Shown: positions 21,767-32,734 of the stretch, piece by piece
How the letters are laid out: every line of letters begins with the position of its first letter
Numbering within the stretch: the first letter of the stretch is position 1
DNA from: Alkalispirochaeta sp.
GTDB taxonomy: Bacteria > Spirochaetota > Spirochaetia > DSM-27196 > Alkalispirochaetaceae
Assembly (NCBI GenBank): GCA_965242725.1
Contig: CBDESZ010000018.1
Location: forward strand, 160,001-224,000
Direction: 5' to 3'
Length of the DNA: 64,000 nt
Program-made: the position numbers and the translations under genes
Notes under the pieces: generated by a model
Told to the model about the DNA's origin: nothing
The model's input: only the letters and a program-made list of their open reading frames with translations
The model's database searches: none

Positions 21767-22384
21767 TCAGGTCGAAAATCCGTTGAGATAGGGTATCGTC
21801 GCCGCATGGCGGGAAATTCCGTCCACGTTGGACAAGAGAACCGACGTGGAATCCCAGTTGCCTGCAATGAGGGCGCTACGATATGCCGGAGACATCGAAA
21901 ACGAGAATGAATCGGTGCCCACCTTCAACGTGGAGGAGGGCAGATCGATTTCAACGAGAGTTGAAGGGTCTTTTTCAACGACATCCATGATTGACTGTAT
22001 TTCCTGATGGTCCATCGTAATCGTGGGGATACCCATGGCGGTACAGTTGCCGGCAAAAATCTCGGCAAAGGACTCACCGACAACCGCCCGTATTCCCGAG
22101 CGCATGAGCGCCTGGGGCGCGTGTTCCCGGGAAGAGCCGCATCCGAAGTTTCGATTTACAAAGAGGATTGAAGAACCGACATACTTCTCCTCGTTAAAGG
22201 GATGTTCCTTTTTTCCTCCCTGTTCGTCGAACCGCAGATCATAGAATGCGTACTCGCCCAGACCGTCGAAGGTGACGACCTTCATGAAACGGGCCGGTAT
22301 GATTTGATCGGTGTCAATGTCGTTTCCACGAACGACGATGCCCCGTCCGGTAAGGTGTTTTATCGATTCCTTGATTTCAGTCAT
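21767..22384 (-). CDS. leuD: 3-isopropylmalate dehydratase small subunit
   Basis: [33 protein letters not shown]. Confidence 0.96.
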   Translation of the reverse strand: MTEIKESIKHLTGRGIVVRGNDIDTDQIIPARFMKVVTFDGLGEYAFYDLRFDEQGGKKEHPFNEEKYVGSSILFVNRNFGCGSSREHAPQALMRSGIRAVVGESFAEIFAGNCTAMGIPTITMDHQEIQSIMDVVEKDPSTLVEIDLPSSTLKVGTDSFSFSMSPAYRSALIAGNWDSTSVLLSNVDGISRHAATIPYLNGFST

Positions 22385-22398
22385 TGCTCAACTCCTTC

Positions 22399-23826
22399 CT
22401 ACGCCACCGGTTCCGGTGTGCCAACGATTTCCCGTACGTCCGTGACTTCACCCGACAACGCCGCCGCGGCGACCATGGCGGGACTCATAAGGAGTGTTCG
22501 TCCCATTGGCGATCCCTGACGTCCCACAAAGTTCCGATTTGAACTGGACGCCGAGATTTCCCGGTCGTTCAGCTTGTCCGGATTCATGGCAAGGCACATG
22601 GAACAGCCGGCACCGCGCCACTCAAAACCGGCATCCCTGAAAATATCGGGTAATCCTTCCCGCTCCGCCTGGGCGGCGACCTGCTTTGAGCCCGGTACGA
22701 CAAAGGCACGCACCTTTTTGGCTACTTTGTGTCCCTTTACAATTCGGGCGGCTTCCCTGAGGTCGCTTATGCGTCCGTTGGTACAGCTCCCGAGAAAGGC
22801 GACATCAATCTTTTTCCCGCGAATGTAGTCCCGCTCGGCAAACCCCATATGGGCAAGCGCCTTTTCCGCACTTTCCTGCTGTTCTTCCGACAGCTCTGCG
22901 AGGGAGGGGATTCGTTCGTCTATTGATATCGCCTGCCCGGGATTGGTTCCCCACGTCACCATCGGGCCGAGTCTGTCCGCGTCGAGGTGGTAAATATCGT
23001 CATATTCCGCGTCCTCGCCGCTGGCAATACTCCGCCAGAAATCAGCCGCCCTTTCGAAGTCTTCGCCACGGGGCGCGTATTTTCTTCCCCGAATATAATC
23101 GATGGTCGTCTCGTCGGGATTGACATAGCCGACCCGGGCGCCCCCTTCAATGCTCATATTGCAGATCGTCATCCGCTCTTCCATATTGAGGGCGTGAATG
23201 GCCTCTCCGTTGTACTCGTAGGCGTAACCGATTCCGCCGTTGACGCCGAGGTCGGCTATAATGCGCAGGATGATATCCTTGGCGTATACTCCGCGGCGGA
23301 GCGAGCCGGAGACCTCGATGCGACGGACCTTGGGACGACTTAACGCCATGGTCTGGGTGGCAAGGACGTCGCGTATCTGGGAGGTGCCGATGCCGAACCC
23401 GATGGCGCCGAAGGCGCCATGCGTTGAGGTATGGCTGTCACCGCAGGCGATGGTCATTCCCGGCTGGGTCAGACCGAGTTCAGGACCGATAATGTGCACG
23501 ATGCCCTGAGCGTCCGTGTGGAGACCGAAAAACTCGATACCGTACTTCTTGGTATTTCCCTCAATCGCCTGCATCATCTCTTCCGCCAGGCGGTCCTTGA
23601 AAGGCCGCTCCTGTCCCGCCGTCGGAACGATGTGGTCAACCGTCGCGAAGGTACGATCCGGTCGCAGCACCTTCAGCCCCCGCTCCTCAAGCATTTGAAA
23701 CGCCTGGGGAGACGTTACCTCGTGAATAAGATGCAGTCCGATAAAGAGCTGATCCTGACCGGACTCCAGGGTGGACACCTTGTGCATGTCCCACACCGTG
23801 TTAAACAAATTCTTTTTCATTTCCAT
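22399..23826 (-). CDS. leuC: 3-isopropylmalate dehydratase large subunit
   Basis: [49 protein letters not shown]. Confidence 0.97.
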   Translation of the reverse strand: MEMKKNLFNTVWDMHKVSTLESGQDQLFIGLHLIHEVTSPQAFQMLEERGLKVLRPDRTFATVDHIVPTAGQERPFKDRLAEEMMQAIEGNTKKYGIEFFGLHTDAQGIVHIIGPELGLTQPGMTIACGDSHTSTHGAFGAIGFGIGTSQIRDVLATQTMALSRPKVRRIEVSGSLRRGVYAKDIILRIIADLGVNGGIGYAYEYNGEAIHALNMEERMTICNMSIEGGARVGYVNPDETTIDYIRGRKYAPRGEDFERAADFWRSIASGEDAEYDDIYHLDADRLGPMVTWGTNPGQAISIDERIPSLAELSEEQQESAEKALAHMGFAERDYIRGKKIDVAFLGSCTNGRISDLREAARIVKGHKVAKKVRAFVVPGSKQVAAQAEREGLPDIFRDAGFEWRGAGCSMCLAMNPDKLNDREISASSSNRNFVGRQGSPMGRTLLMSPAMVAAAALSGEVTDVREIVGTPEPVA

Positions 23827-23836
23827 GCTCCAATTC

Positions 23837-24382
23837 CTATGCCGTCAACTGACTGCCCCGGGTCATGAGAACCTTGCCCGTGCGAATCAATTCCAGTATA
23901 CGGTAGCTGTTCAGGACGTGAATGACGCTGTCCACCCGTTCGCTCGACCCGTTCATTTGCAGAATGATACTGTCGTCGGTCATATCGACGGTGTCACATT
24001 TCAGCGCGTGTGCCAGCTGCAGCAGCTCACTTCGCTGTTCCTGCGGGCAGGCGACTTTGATCAAGGCAAGTTCCCGCTGCAGGATATCCTCACCGGTCCG
24101 GTCCGTCGCGTGGACGACATCGATGAGTTTATTCAGCTGTTTCAGGATCTGATCGAGCGTCTTTTCATCACCTGTGGCGACGATATTCATCATTGAAAAT
24201 GCTTCATTACTCGAAGGAGAAACGACGACGCTGTCCAGGTTGTATCCCCGGCGCGCAAAGACAAGGCTTATCCGAATCAGTACTCCCGGTCGGTTTGCAA
24301 CCAGGAGGCTGATCGTGTGCTTGCGATATCCCTTTTTCGTCGCCGCGTTGGGCGTGTGTGCCATTACTGCATTATTGCTCAT
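23837..24382 (-). CDS. ilvN: Acetolactate synthase regulatory (small) subunit
   Basis: ACT domain [43 protein letters not shown] overlap with ilvB. Confidence 0.93.
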   Translation of the reverse strand: MSNNAVMAHTPNAATKKGYRKHTISLLVANRPGVLIRISLVFARRGYNLDSVVVSPSSNEAFSMMNIVATGDEKTLDQILKQLNKLIDVVHATDRTGEDILQRELALIKVACPQEQRSELLQLAHALKCDTVDMTDDSIILQMNGSSERVDSVIHVLNSYRILELIRTGKVLMTRGSQLTA

Positions 24383-26091
24383 TACGTACTCCCCACCGGT
24401 TTGGCAAGTTGTTTTTTTGGTGCTTCCGTGATCATGTCGGCGTATCCCGCGCCCGAAGGAATCATGGGATAGACGTTGTCTTCCTTCGCCACCTCCACAT
24501 CGATGAGACACGGCCCCTCATTGTACGCGAGAGCCGAGGCGATCACTTTTTTTACGTCGGCGCTTCGTTTGAGGCGAAAACCCTTTACCCCGAAACTCTC
24601 GGCGAGTTTTACGAAATTCGGGTTGCCGTCCATATCGACACCGGAAAGGCGGTTCTCGAAGAAAAGCTCCTGCCATTGCCGCACCATGCCCAGGTAGGCG
24701 TTGTTGATAATGACGATCTTCAACGGAAGCTTGTTTATGACCGCCGTCGCCAGTTCAAACATCGTCATTTGGAACCCGCCGTCCCCCAGGATGGCAATAA
24801 CCGTCTCTTCCGGATGGGCAAATTGCGCGCCGATTGCCGCCGGCAACCCGAAACCCATCGTCCCGGCACCGCCGCTGCTGATCCACTGAAATCGGTGGTT
24901 GGCACGATAGTACTGGGCGGCCCACATCTGATGCTGTCCCACATCGGTGGAGACGTAGGCATTTCCCTCGGTCTGGCGGTAAAGCTCGTCGATCACGTGT
25001 TCCGCCTTGAGCTTGCCGCTCTTCTTGTACTTCAGGGGGTATTGCTGCCGCCACATTTCAATCTGTCCAAGCCAGTCCGCGGTATCACCTGGAATGGCGA
25101 TTGATGCAATCTGGTCGACCGCCTGCATCGCATCCGCTTCTATGCACAGGTCCATGGGCAGGACCTTTTCAAATTCAGATGCATCGATATCGATATGTAT
25201 GCGCTCGGCGGTTGCACAGAACTTTGCGGGATCTCCGACGATACGATCATCCCACCGCGATCCGACGGACATGATGAGGTCGCAATTTTCGACCGCCCGA
25301 TTGGCGTATGCCGTTCCGTGCATACCCAGCATGCCCAGTGACAGGGGATGACTCTCGGGGAACGCTCCTTTTCCGAGCAGCGTATTAACCACCGGTATCT
25401 GCATCTTTTCAACGAGAAAGCGAAGCGCCTTGTCGGCACCGGAAATGACGGCGCCGTGTCCTGCAAGGATAATGGGACGACGGGCGCGCTCGAGCATTCG
25501 CGCCGCTTTCTCTACCGCGGCCGGATCCGCCTCATCGGGAACGCGATACCCCGGCAGTGTGAAGGTTTCACTGTAGTCCGTTTCAACAACGGCGCTGGAA
25601 ACGTCCTTGGGCACGTCGATCAGTACGGGGCCGGGTCGACCGGTCTGGCAAATGTAGAATGCCTCTTTCATGATCGACGGCAGGTCTTTCGCGTCCTTCA
25701 CCAGATAGGAATGCTTTACGACGGGAAAGGAAATCCCCGACACATCGGCTTCCTGAAAGGCATCGAGCCCGAGATTCCACGTTGTCTGTTGCCCGGTGAT
25801 GACGATCATGGGAATAGAATCCATCTGGGCGGTGAGAATACCCGTCACGGTATTTGTTGCGCCCGGGCCGGAGGTTACCAGCACGACCGCGGGTTTACCC
25901 GTGGCGCGGGCGTACCCGTCGGCCATATGCGTTGCGCCCTGTTCGTGCCGGGTCAGTACAAATTGGACGGGAGAATCGAAGATCGCGTCAAAAATGGGAA
26001 TAGCCGCGCCCCCGGGATAGCCGAATATATACTCCACACCGTGGTGGTGTACCATATCAACGATAATTTCGGCGCCGGTTCTTTTATACAT
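24382..26091 (-). CDS. ilvB: Acetolactate synthase large subunit
   Basis: [41 protein letters not shown] (ThDP motif). Confidence 0.96.
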   Translation of the reverse strand: MYKRTGAEIIVDMVHHHGVEYIFGYPGGAAIPIFDAIFDSPVQFVLTRHEQGATHMADGYARATGKPAVVLVTSGPGATNTVTGILTAQMDSIPMIVITGQQTTWNLGLDAFQEADVSGISFPVVKHSYLVKDAKDLPSIMKEAFYICQTGRPGPVLIDVPKDVSSAVVETDYSETFTLPGYRVPDEADPAAVEKAARMLERARRPIILAGHGAVISGADKALRFLVEKMQIPVVNTLLGKGAFPESHPLSLGMLGMHGTAYANRAVENCDLIMSVGSRWDDRIVGDPAKFCATAERIHIDIDASEFEKVLPMDLCIEADAMQAVDQIASIAIPGDTADWLGQIEMWRQQYPLKYKKSGKLKAEHVIDELYRQTEGNAYVSTDVGQHQMWAAQYYRANHRFQWISSGGAGTMGFGLPAAIGAQFAHPEETVIAILGDGGFQMTMFELATAVINKLPLKIVIINNAYLGMVRQWQELFFENRLSGVDMDGNPNFVKLAESFGVKGFRLKRSADVKKVIASALAYNEGPCLIDVEVAKEDNVYPMIPSGAGYADMITEAPKKQLAKPVGST

Positions 26092-26365
26092 AATATCTTG
26101 CGCCTCCCTTCGGAAAAGTGTTTCTACAATCCTTTTACGATTGAATCGGTAAAGTCAATAGCTGTCATGTATTTTACGAACGAATTCTTACGATAATTAC
26201 ATAAAGTTTCGCCTTGCAGCTCAAAACGGGACGTAAAACATACGGAAATAACGCAAAGTTTTCGCTGCCTGTCGGAATAATGGCGCATTTTTTATCGGAT
26301 TATTGGTCGTCCCGCTTCTTTCCCTCGGTTCAAATCGATAGTATCTTAACCAGGGGGACAGGAAT

Positions 26366-27191
26366 ATGTACTCATCAGGAACCGTTCATTATGAGACATT
26401 TCGGCGGGGAAGCAGGACTTACTTCAACTCAAGTCGCTTCTTCCCGGAAGACGTCAGGACGGACGTCTATACGCTCTACGGGTTTGTCAGAACGGCGGAT
26501 AATTTCGTCGATACCGTACCGCAGCAACGTGCGGAGTTCGAGAATTTCGTCGGCCGGTACGAAAAATCGATACGGAGCGGTGATGCCTCGGGGGATGCGA
26601 TTATCGATTCCTTTGTGGAGCTGGCACGGCGGAAGCAATTCGAACGATCGTGGATCGATGCATTTCTCCACTCTATGGAACTGGACCTGGAAAAGTCACG
26701 ACATGTGACGCTTGAAGAGTCCCTTGAATATATTTACGGATCCGCTGAAGTCATCGGTCTGTTCATGGTGCGTATCCTCGGTCTCGATGAACGAGCCGGC
26801 CATGCGGCGCGTATGCTGGGAAGGGCGATGCAGTATATAAACTTCATCAGGGACATCGACGAGGATAATCGGTTCGGCAGGATTTACCTGCCCATATCGG
26901 AAAGCGATCTGGAGTCGCTGGATGAGCAATATATCCGCGCCCCGCCCGGAGGAGTTTGTCTTCTTCATTCACGGCCAATTACGGCGATACATGGCGTGGC
27001 AGGACGAGGCGGAGAAGGGGTACTCCCTCATACCCCGCAGATATCGCGTCCCCATAAAGACGGCCGCCGACATGTACAAATGGACGGCTCGCCAAATCGC
27101 CAATGATCCGTTTATCGTCTTCGACCACAAGGTAAAACCACATCGTGCCCGAATCGTATGTTCGGGCCTCATCAATATGTTTTCACGGTGA
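26366..27191 (+). CDS. crtB: Phytoene/squalene synthase family protein (CrtB-like), +1 frameshift near 26940
   Basis: GSRTYFNSS, LYGFVRTADNFVD, YIYGSAEVIG, QYINFIRDIDED..GRIYLP; C-terminus continues in the 26922-27191 frame. Confidence 0.85.
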
Positions 27192-27206
27192 AGGATCGAG
27201 GTATCT

Positions 27207-28281
27207 ATGCTTTCCAGAATAACTGCAACACGACGGGAACTGATTGAGGCGATCGAGCATGCATTTACCCGTGACGATTCTCCCTTCCGGAATAGAGAAC
27301 TCTGGTCTGAAGATGTGGCGCGACGTCTCAGGGAATACGTCCTTCGGGGAAAGATGCTGCGCGGCGCATTGATACCCTTCTCATATTCTCTCTTTCGACC
27401 TGGCGACAGGATACCTCGAAGTTGTTTTGACGCCGGCGCGGCAATGGAGCTCCTTCAGTCCTTTCTTTTGATACACGACGATATTATGGATCAGGACCTT
27501 CTCCGTCGTGGTCTACCGGCGGTCCACGCACAGTACGCTGAAATTACGCCCCCCTCCGGCGACCCCGAAAAGACGGCTTCCGAACAGGCGCGGCCAGTAC
27601 GGCCTGTCAATGGGTATTTGTGCGGGCGATGTTGCGGCGTTTATGGCACTTCATCTTCTCTCAGTGCTCCCGCTGGAGGATCGACTTCGACAATCCGTTC
27701 TGGAGCTGGCGACACGGGAAATCATGATCGTAGGAATGGCTCAAATGCAGGACGTCCACAACGGATACGTAGAGTCGGTGACGCCGGAAGAGGTTCTCGA
27801 TGTCTACACCTACAAGACGGGACGCTATACGTTCAGTCTGCCCCTTCAGCTGGGGGCAATGATGGCAGACGTCGATGGAGAGCGCCAGGAACTCCTCGTC
27901 AGGTTGGGGGAGCGTCTGGGGCGCATTTTTCAGGTTCGTGATGATTTGCTGGGCATAATGGAAGAGGCGGTTCAGACGGGTAAGCCCGTTGGGAGCGATA
28001 TCACGGAAAACAAACAGACCTATTACCGGGCGCTGCTCTTTTCACGTCTTCCCGCTGATGATCCGGTGCGGGAATTCTTTGGAAAACGGAATATCACCAC
28101 CGACGAAATCGAACGTCTTCGATCCGCCCTTGAAGAATATGGTATCTTCACCCACATAGACGACCACCTGCGACGGGAAAGTGAAGAGGCGGGCCGGGAA
28201 ATTGCGGGACTTCACCTCGGCTTTGAAGAAGAAGAGGCGCTTCGGGAGCTCCTTGCGTACAATCTCACCAGGCGGTCATAG
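27207..28281 (+). CDS. crtE: Polyprenyl (probably geranylgeranyl) diphosphate synthase, +1 frameshift near 27590
   Basis: GKMLRG, LIHDDIMDQDLLRRG (FARM), KTGRYT, FQVRDDLLG, GKPVGSDITENK across two frames. Confidence 0.82.
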
Positions 28282-28304
28282 TCCGGTCTCGTTCATCGAC
28301 CGTT

Positions 28305-28875
28305 CTAAAGATGTTGAAGAAACAGCTCGTGAATCCGCGTGTCGCCGGTCAGTTCGGGGGTGAAAGGTGAGGGCGAGGTGCCGTCCCTGCCGTACCACCA
28401 CGGGAGCATCCTCAAAGCGGGCAAGAACGGTCACGTCGTCACCGACCTTCGTGAATTTCGGCGCACGGATAAAAACTCCCCGCAGCGGAACCTCTCCAAA
28501 GGATGGAACGGCAATATCCGCCTCAAAGCTGTCGATCTGCCGTCCATAGGCGTTTCGCTGAATGGCGGTATCGAGAATGCCGAGTCGCGGCTGATCACTG
28601 TCGACGATTGTTTTCGAGAGCAGGATCGCCCCGGCACACGTCCCCATGACGGCGAGTCCCTTTGCAACGGCCTCTTCAACGGCTTCCAGGAGGCCGAATC
28701 GCTGCATGAGCAGCCCTATGGTCGTACTTTCTCCACCGGGAATCACCAGTCCGTCTATAATGCCGATCTGATCGGGACGCCGCACCGCGAGGACGTCGCA
28801 GCCAAGCCGGGAGAAGACGGTGAGATGTTTTTCAAAATCTCCCTGAAACGAGAGTACTCCAATCGTATGTGACAT
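28305..28875 (-). CDS. pdxT: PLP synthase glutaminase subunit, +1 frameshift near 28358
   Basis: GVLSFQG, PGGESTT, GTCAGAI, RNAYGRQ, FIRAP; removing one base from the G run at about 28356-28360 restores FHPELTGDTRIH...TAG. Confidence 0.92.
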
Positions 28876-28934
28876 CGCTTCTCCCTAGGGCATGACGACA
28901 GGCGGCGATAGCCGCCATATCGTGTCTGCGGTAA

Positions 28935-29842
28935 TTACCAGCCGCGGCCTGCCAGACGTTCTTCCGACGCCATGGACGAGACGTTGATACCGGTCATCGC
29001 TTCACCGATGCCTCGGGAGATTTCGATCAGCTTGTCCGGGTCATCCCAGTAGGCAACGGCGTTTACAATTGCCGTCGCCCGCTTTTCCGGGTTATCCGAC
29101 TTGAAGACACCGGAACCCACGAAAACCGCTTCCGCACCGAGTTCAATCATTAACGCCGCATCCGCAGGCGTCGCCACGCCACCGGCGGAAAAATTGGGTA
29201 CCGGCAGTTTACCCCGCCGTGCGACTTCCAGGACGAGATCGTATGGAGCGCCCCAGTTCCTTGGCCTGCGTCATGAGCTCATCGGTGGGCATATTCCTGA
29301 GGCTGCGAATATCCGCCATGAGGGTCCGCATGTGACGGACCGCCTCGACGATATCGCCCGTCCCCGCTTCTCCCTTGGTTCGAATGAGCGCGGCTCCCTC
29401 GCCGATACGGCGGAGCGCCTCTCCGAGGTTGCGACATCCGCAGACGAACGGCACGGTTGTAGGGGTGCTTGTCCACGTGGAACCGATCATCCGCCGGAGT
29501 GAGAACCTCACTCTCGTCGATGAAATCAACGCCCATCGCCTGCAGGATCTTGGCTTCACTGATATGACCGATGCGGCACTTTGCCATAACCGGTATGGAA
29601 ACGGCCTTTTGAATCTTTTCGATCATCGCCGGATCGCTCATACGCGCGACGCCGCCGGCTGCGCGAATATCCGCAGGCACCCGTTCCAGCGCCATGACCG
29701 CCTGGGCGCCGGCATCGGCTGCGATCTTTGCCTGTTCGGCGTTGGTCACGTCCATGATCACGCCGCCCTTTAACATTTCTGCTAGTCCGACTTTCGTTCG
29801 CCACGTTGCCGTCTGGCGTTCGGACCAAAGTGTATCGTTCAT
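28935..29842 (-). CDS. pdxS: PLP synthase lyase subunit, two +1 frameshifts near 29458 and 29253
   Basis: [64 protein letters not shown] across three frames. Confidence 0.93.
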
Positions 29843-29947
29843 AACTATACTTCCTTGCACACGGATGTAAATCGTAAGGTATTTCGTCAAACATACTCTC
29901 CCGGCGGGCCCTCGTCAACACGCGGAGAGTAATGGTATTCTCAGGTC

Positions 29948-30637
29948 ATGGCGTCAATACAGGAAAACATCATGGCAGTGGAAGAACGCATCGCAAACGC
30001 CTGCGTCAGGGCAGGGCGGTCCCGCTCTTCCCTCCGTCTCATGGCGGTGAGTAAACTTCAACCGGCGGAAAAGATCGTGGAGGCGGCGGCACACGGAATG
30101 CGGCTCTTTGGCGAAAGCAGGGTACAGGAAACGCTCACCCGCCGTGATGTCTTCCCTTCCGACGGCGAGGTCCATTTAATCGGACATTTGCAGCGGAATA
30201 AGGCGCGTGACGCGGCGTCGCTCTATCATACAATACAGTCAATTGACGCCGCCCGTACCGTGGAGGCGATCGCCCCGCATATAGAGGCAAGCGGTGCCGC
30301 CGTCACCCTTTATATTGAGGTAAACACCTCCCATGAGGAGAGCAAGTTTGGTCTCAGAACATTTGAAGAGGTCTATTCCCTGGCGCGAAGAATAGAGGAA
30401 CTACCCCGGTTTGCCCTGCGCGGTCTCATGACAATCGGCCCCTTCATTGAAGATCGGGATCGGATTCGCCGTGCCTTTGCGCAGCTGCGGGAATTTCGGG
30501 ACCGTCTGGAGGAACGGATGTCTGCTTCCTATCCGGAACTCTCCATGGGGATGAGTGACGATCTTGAAGAGGCGGTACAGGAGGGGTCCACGATGCTTCG
30601 CATCGGTACGGCGATCTTCGGGTCCCGGGATACATAG
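29948..30637 (+). CDS. yggS: PLP homeostasis protein (YggS/PLPBP family)
   Basis: AVSK, FGESRVQE, HLIGHLQRNK, EVNTS..SKFG, GLMTI, LSMGMSDD, RIGTAIFG. Confidence 0.95.
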   Translation: MASIQENIMAVEERIANACVRAGRSRSSLRLMAVSKLQPAEKIVEAAAHGMRLFGESRVQETLTRRDVFPSDGEVHLIGHLQRNKARDAASLYHTIQSIDAARTVEAIAPHIEASGAAVTLYIEVNTSHEESKFGLRTFEEVYSLARRIEELPRFALRGLMTIGPFIEDRDRIRRAFAQLREFRDRLEERMSASYPELSMGMSDDLEEAVQEGSTMLRIGTAIFGSRDT

Positions 30638-30655
30638 GCGGAACGGTCAGGTCAC

Positions 30656-31072
30656 ATGAACCGTAGAAGTGGTTTCGTTATCGTTCTTCTCATGCTTGTC
30701 CTTTCAATGACCCCTGCGGAGCCGCCGCCCACGCCGGATATATCCTTTGACCCGAGTAAACCCGTACCCTATGGACCTGACGAATTTCCCCGCTGGGCCC
30801 GGGATCTGCGGCGGGGAGAAATCATCGCCGTCGGCGCGTTTCCGGTGGCAATGATTATCACCAGCCTTGGCTACGAGGTGGGACGTTTCGGATATGAAAG
30901 CATCCGCGCCGGAGAAGTGCAAAATGAATATGCACCATGGTTTTTCTCCACCTCACCGGAGGGTGCATTTTCAAATCGGGAGAGAATCGGTCTCGTCGTC
31001 TCCTCTGCCGTCGTAAGCGTCGGGGTTGCAATCATCGATTACTTTCTCGGCAGGAGAGAGCGGAATGAGTGA
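30656..31072 (+). CDS. Hypothetical membrane protein
   Basis: Signal-like N-terminus, EFPRWARDLRRGEII, two hydrophobic segments; operonic position. Confidence 0.7.
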   Translation: MNRRSGFVIVLLMLVLSMTPAEPPPTPDISFDPSKPVPYGPDEFPRWARDLRRGEIIAVGAFPVAMIITSLGYEVGRFGYESIRAGEVQNEYAPWFFSTSPEGAFSNRERIGLVVSSAVVSVGVAIIDYFLGRRERNE

Positions 31073-32102
31073 ACGCTACACAATGGTGGTACCCGACGAG
31101 GTCACCGAACCGTTGCGGCTGGATGTTTATCTCTCCCGGCTCGATATCGTCCCCAATCGCAGCGCCCTCAAGCAGCGAATACGCGCCGTTCGACGCAACG
31201 GTACCGACACGAAGCTTTCCGCCCGTGTGACTGCGGGGGACCGTCTGGAGATAGAGATTGATCCCCCTCCGCCGAGCACCGTTGTCAGCGAGGATATCCC
31301 CCTTGATGTTGTGTATGAGGACGACGGGGTCGTGGTAATCAATAAAGCGCCGGGAATGGTGGTTCATCCGGGAGCGGGAAACTGGACGGGCACCCTGTTG
31401 CACGCCCTGGCGGGGCGATATCCGGATTCGCCCTTTTTTGCCGACACCCCCGACGGAGAAGACGGGGAGTATGCCGATCCCGTTCGGCCGGGCATCGTCC
31501 ATCGACTGGACAAGGATACCGGAGGAATCATCATCGTCGCCAAAGAGAGGGAGACCCATGCATTTCTCGTTTCCCGCTTTTCGAAACGGAAGACACGCAA
31601 GATCTACCTCGCCCTCGTCAAAGGGTCTCCCGTTCACCACAGTGGATATATAGACGGCAGTATCGGTCGCGACAGATTTCACCGCACAAAATTCACCGTT
31701 CTCGGTGAATTACACCGCGGGGCGCTGACCGACATCGACCAGCCGGTGGACCGGTGGGGCGAGGGCGGTCCATCGAAACGTGCCAAAAAAGCTCTCACCA
31801 CCTACACGGTCATGCGCCGTTTTCCTTCGGGATACGCTCTCCTGATGGTGCGTCCCCACACCGGACGGACACATCAGATACGGGTGCATCTCGCCGCGAT
31901 CGGCTATCCCATCGTCGGTGACCCGCTGTACGGGCACAGGGACGCCCGCTTTGAAGGAATCGGTCTGATGCTCCATGCGTGGCGTCTGGAAATCGCCCTG
32001 CGTCACGGTGAGGAATCGTCCCGCTTTTCCGCCCCCGTCTCGGAGGAATTTCGCAGAGGAATGCGTGTTCTCCGTGGCGACGGGATACGGGAGAATACGT
32101 GA
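31065..32102 (+). CDS. rluD: 23S rRNA pseudouridine synthase, RluD type
   Basis: S4-like RLDVYL; NKAPGMVVHPGAG, RPGIVHRLDKDTGG, TGRTHQIRVHL, GDPLYG. Confidence 0.9.
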   Translation: MSERYTMVVPDEVTEPLRLDVYLSRLDIVPNRSALKQRIRAVRRNGTDTKLSARVTAGDRLEIEIDPPPPSTVVSEDIPLDVVYEDDGVVVINKAPGMVVHPGAGNWTGTLLHALAGRYPDSPFFADTPDGEDGEYADPVRPGIVHRLDKDTGGIIIVAKERETHAFLVSRFSKRKTRKIYLALVKGSPVHHSGYIDGSIGRDRFHRTKFTVLGELHRGALTDIDQPVDRWGEGGPSKRAKKALTTYTVMRRFPSGYALLMVRPHTGRTHQIRVHLAAIGYPIVGDPLYGHRDARFEGIGLMLHAWRLEIALRHGEESSRFSAPVSEEFRRGMRVLRGDGIRENT

Positions 32103-32152
32103 CCACCCGCAGCAGAAGCGCCGCTTGTCCGACGACGTTGCGTGGCGCGGTG

Positions 32153-32734
32153 CTAAAGATCGCGATAAAAGGGGCTGAGATTGCTCTCGGCACCGATCGT
32201 TGACGGCGGGCCGATAGAGGGAAGAATCAGGGTATCCCTGTTGTGATGGAAGAGGTTGTCCTTCACCGACGCGATAAGAAGTGCCTCCGCATAGGCACTT
32301 GTCGTTTCACCTATCGTGCCGGCGTGTATGATGGAACCGGTAAAAATGACTTCATCGAGACTGTAAAAGAATGAACTCCGGGAGTGGGGCAATGCCGGAA
32401 TAGCGGCAACCTGGAAATCATCGAGGTCAATCGTAGACTCTCCCGTCAACGCCTTATTGTGACAGGAATAGACATTTTCTTCGCCACAGAAGAGAGAAAA
32501 ATGAAAGATTCTGGTGAGCGTTTTTACCGCCCGTTCCATATATGATTCCGGATGGGTGACGAAAACGTGGGATATGACCAGGTTGTTCCGCAGGATCAGG
32601 GTGAAGAAGTCCGTATCAAGCGGTACGGGATCAAAGATCACCCCCTGTCTGGAACCTTCCGTGGAGACAAGGTAGGTCGTCGTTTCACTGCGGGGGGAAA
32701 AATACGGAATGATGCGCAAATGTCCGTTGGTCAA
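32153..32734 (-). CDS. MBL-fold protein with degenerate metal-binding motifs
   Basis: TYLV..VIFDP, VFVTHPESYM, LPHS, IFTGSII, ILPSIGPPSTIGAE follow glyoxalase-II-like order. Confidence 0.7.
   Translation of the reverse strand: MTNGHLRIIPYFSPRSETTTYLVSTEGSRQGVIFDPVPLDTDFFTLILRNNLVISHVFVTHPESYMERAVKTLTRIFHFSLFCGEENVYSCHNKALTGESTIDLDDFQVAAIPALPHSRSSFFYSLDEVIFTGSIIHAGTIGETTSAYAEALLIASVKDNLFHHNRDTLILPSIGPPSTIGAESNLSPFYRDL

Noticed and set aside
26124..26168. Short minus-strand [17 protein letters not shown] as an ilv leader peptide
   Set aside because: Only 4 scattered Ile/Val/Leu codons, no terminator hairpin, and it overlaps the likely promoter
28890..28930. GGCGGC-GATA-GCCGCC hairpin between pdxS and pdxT as a REP element or riboswitch
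   Set aside because: Single short stem, no second copy noticed in the window, no known aptamer features
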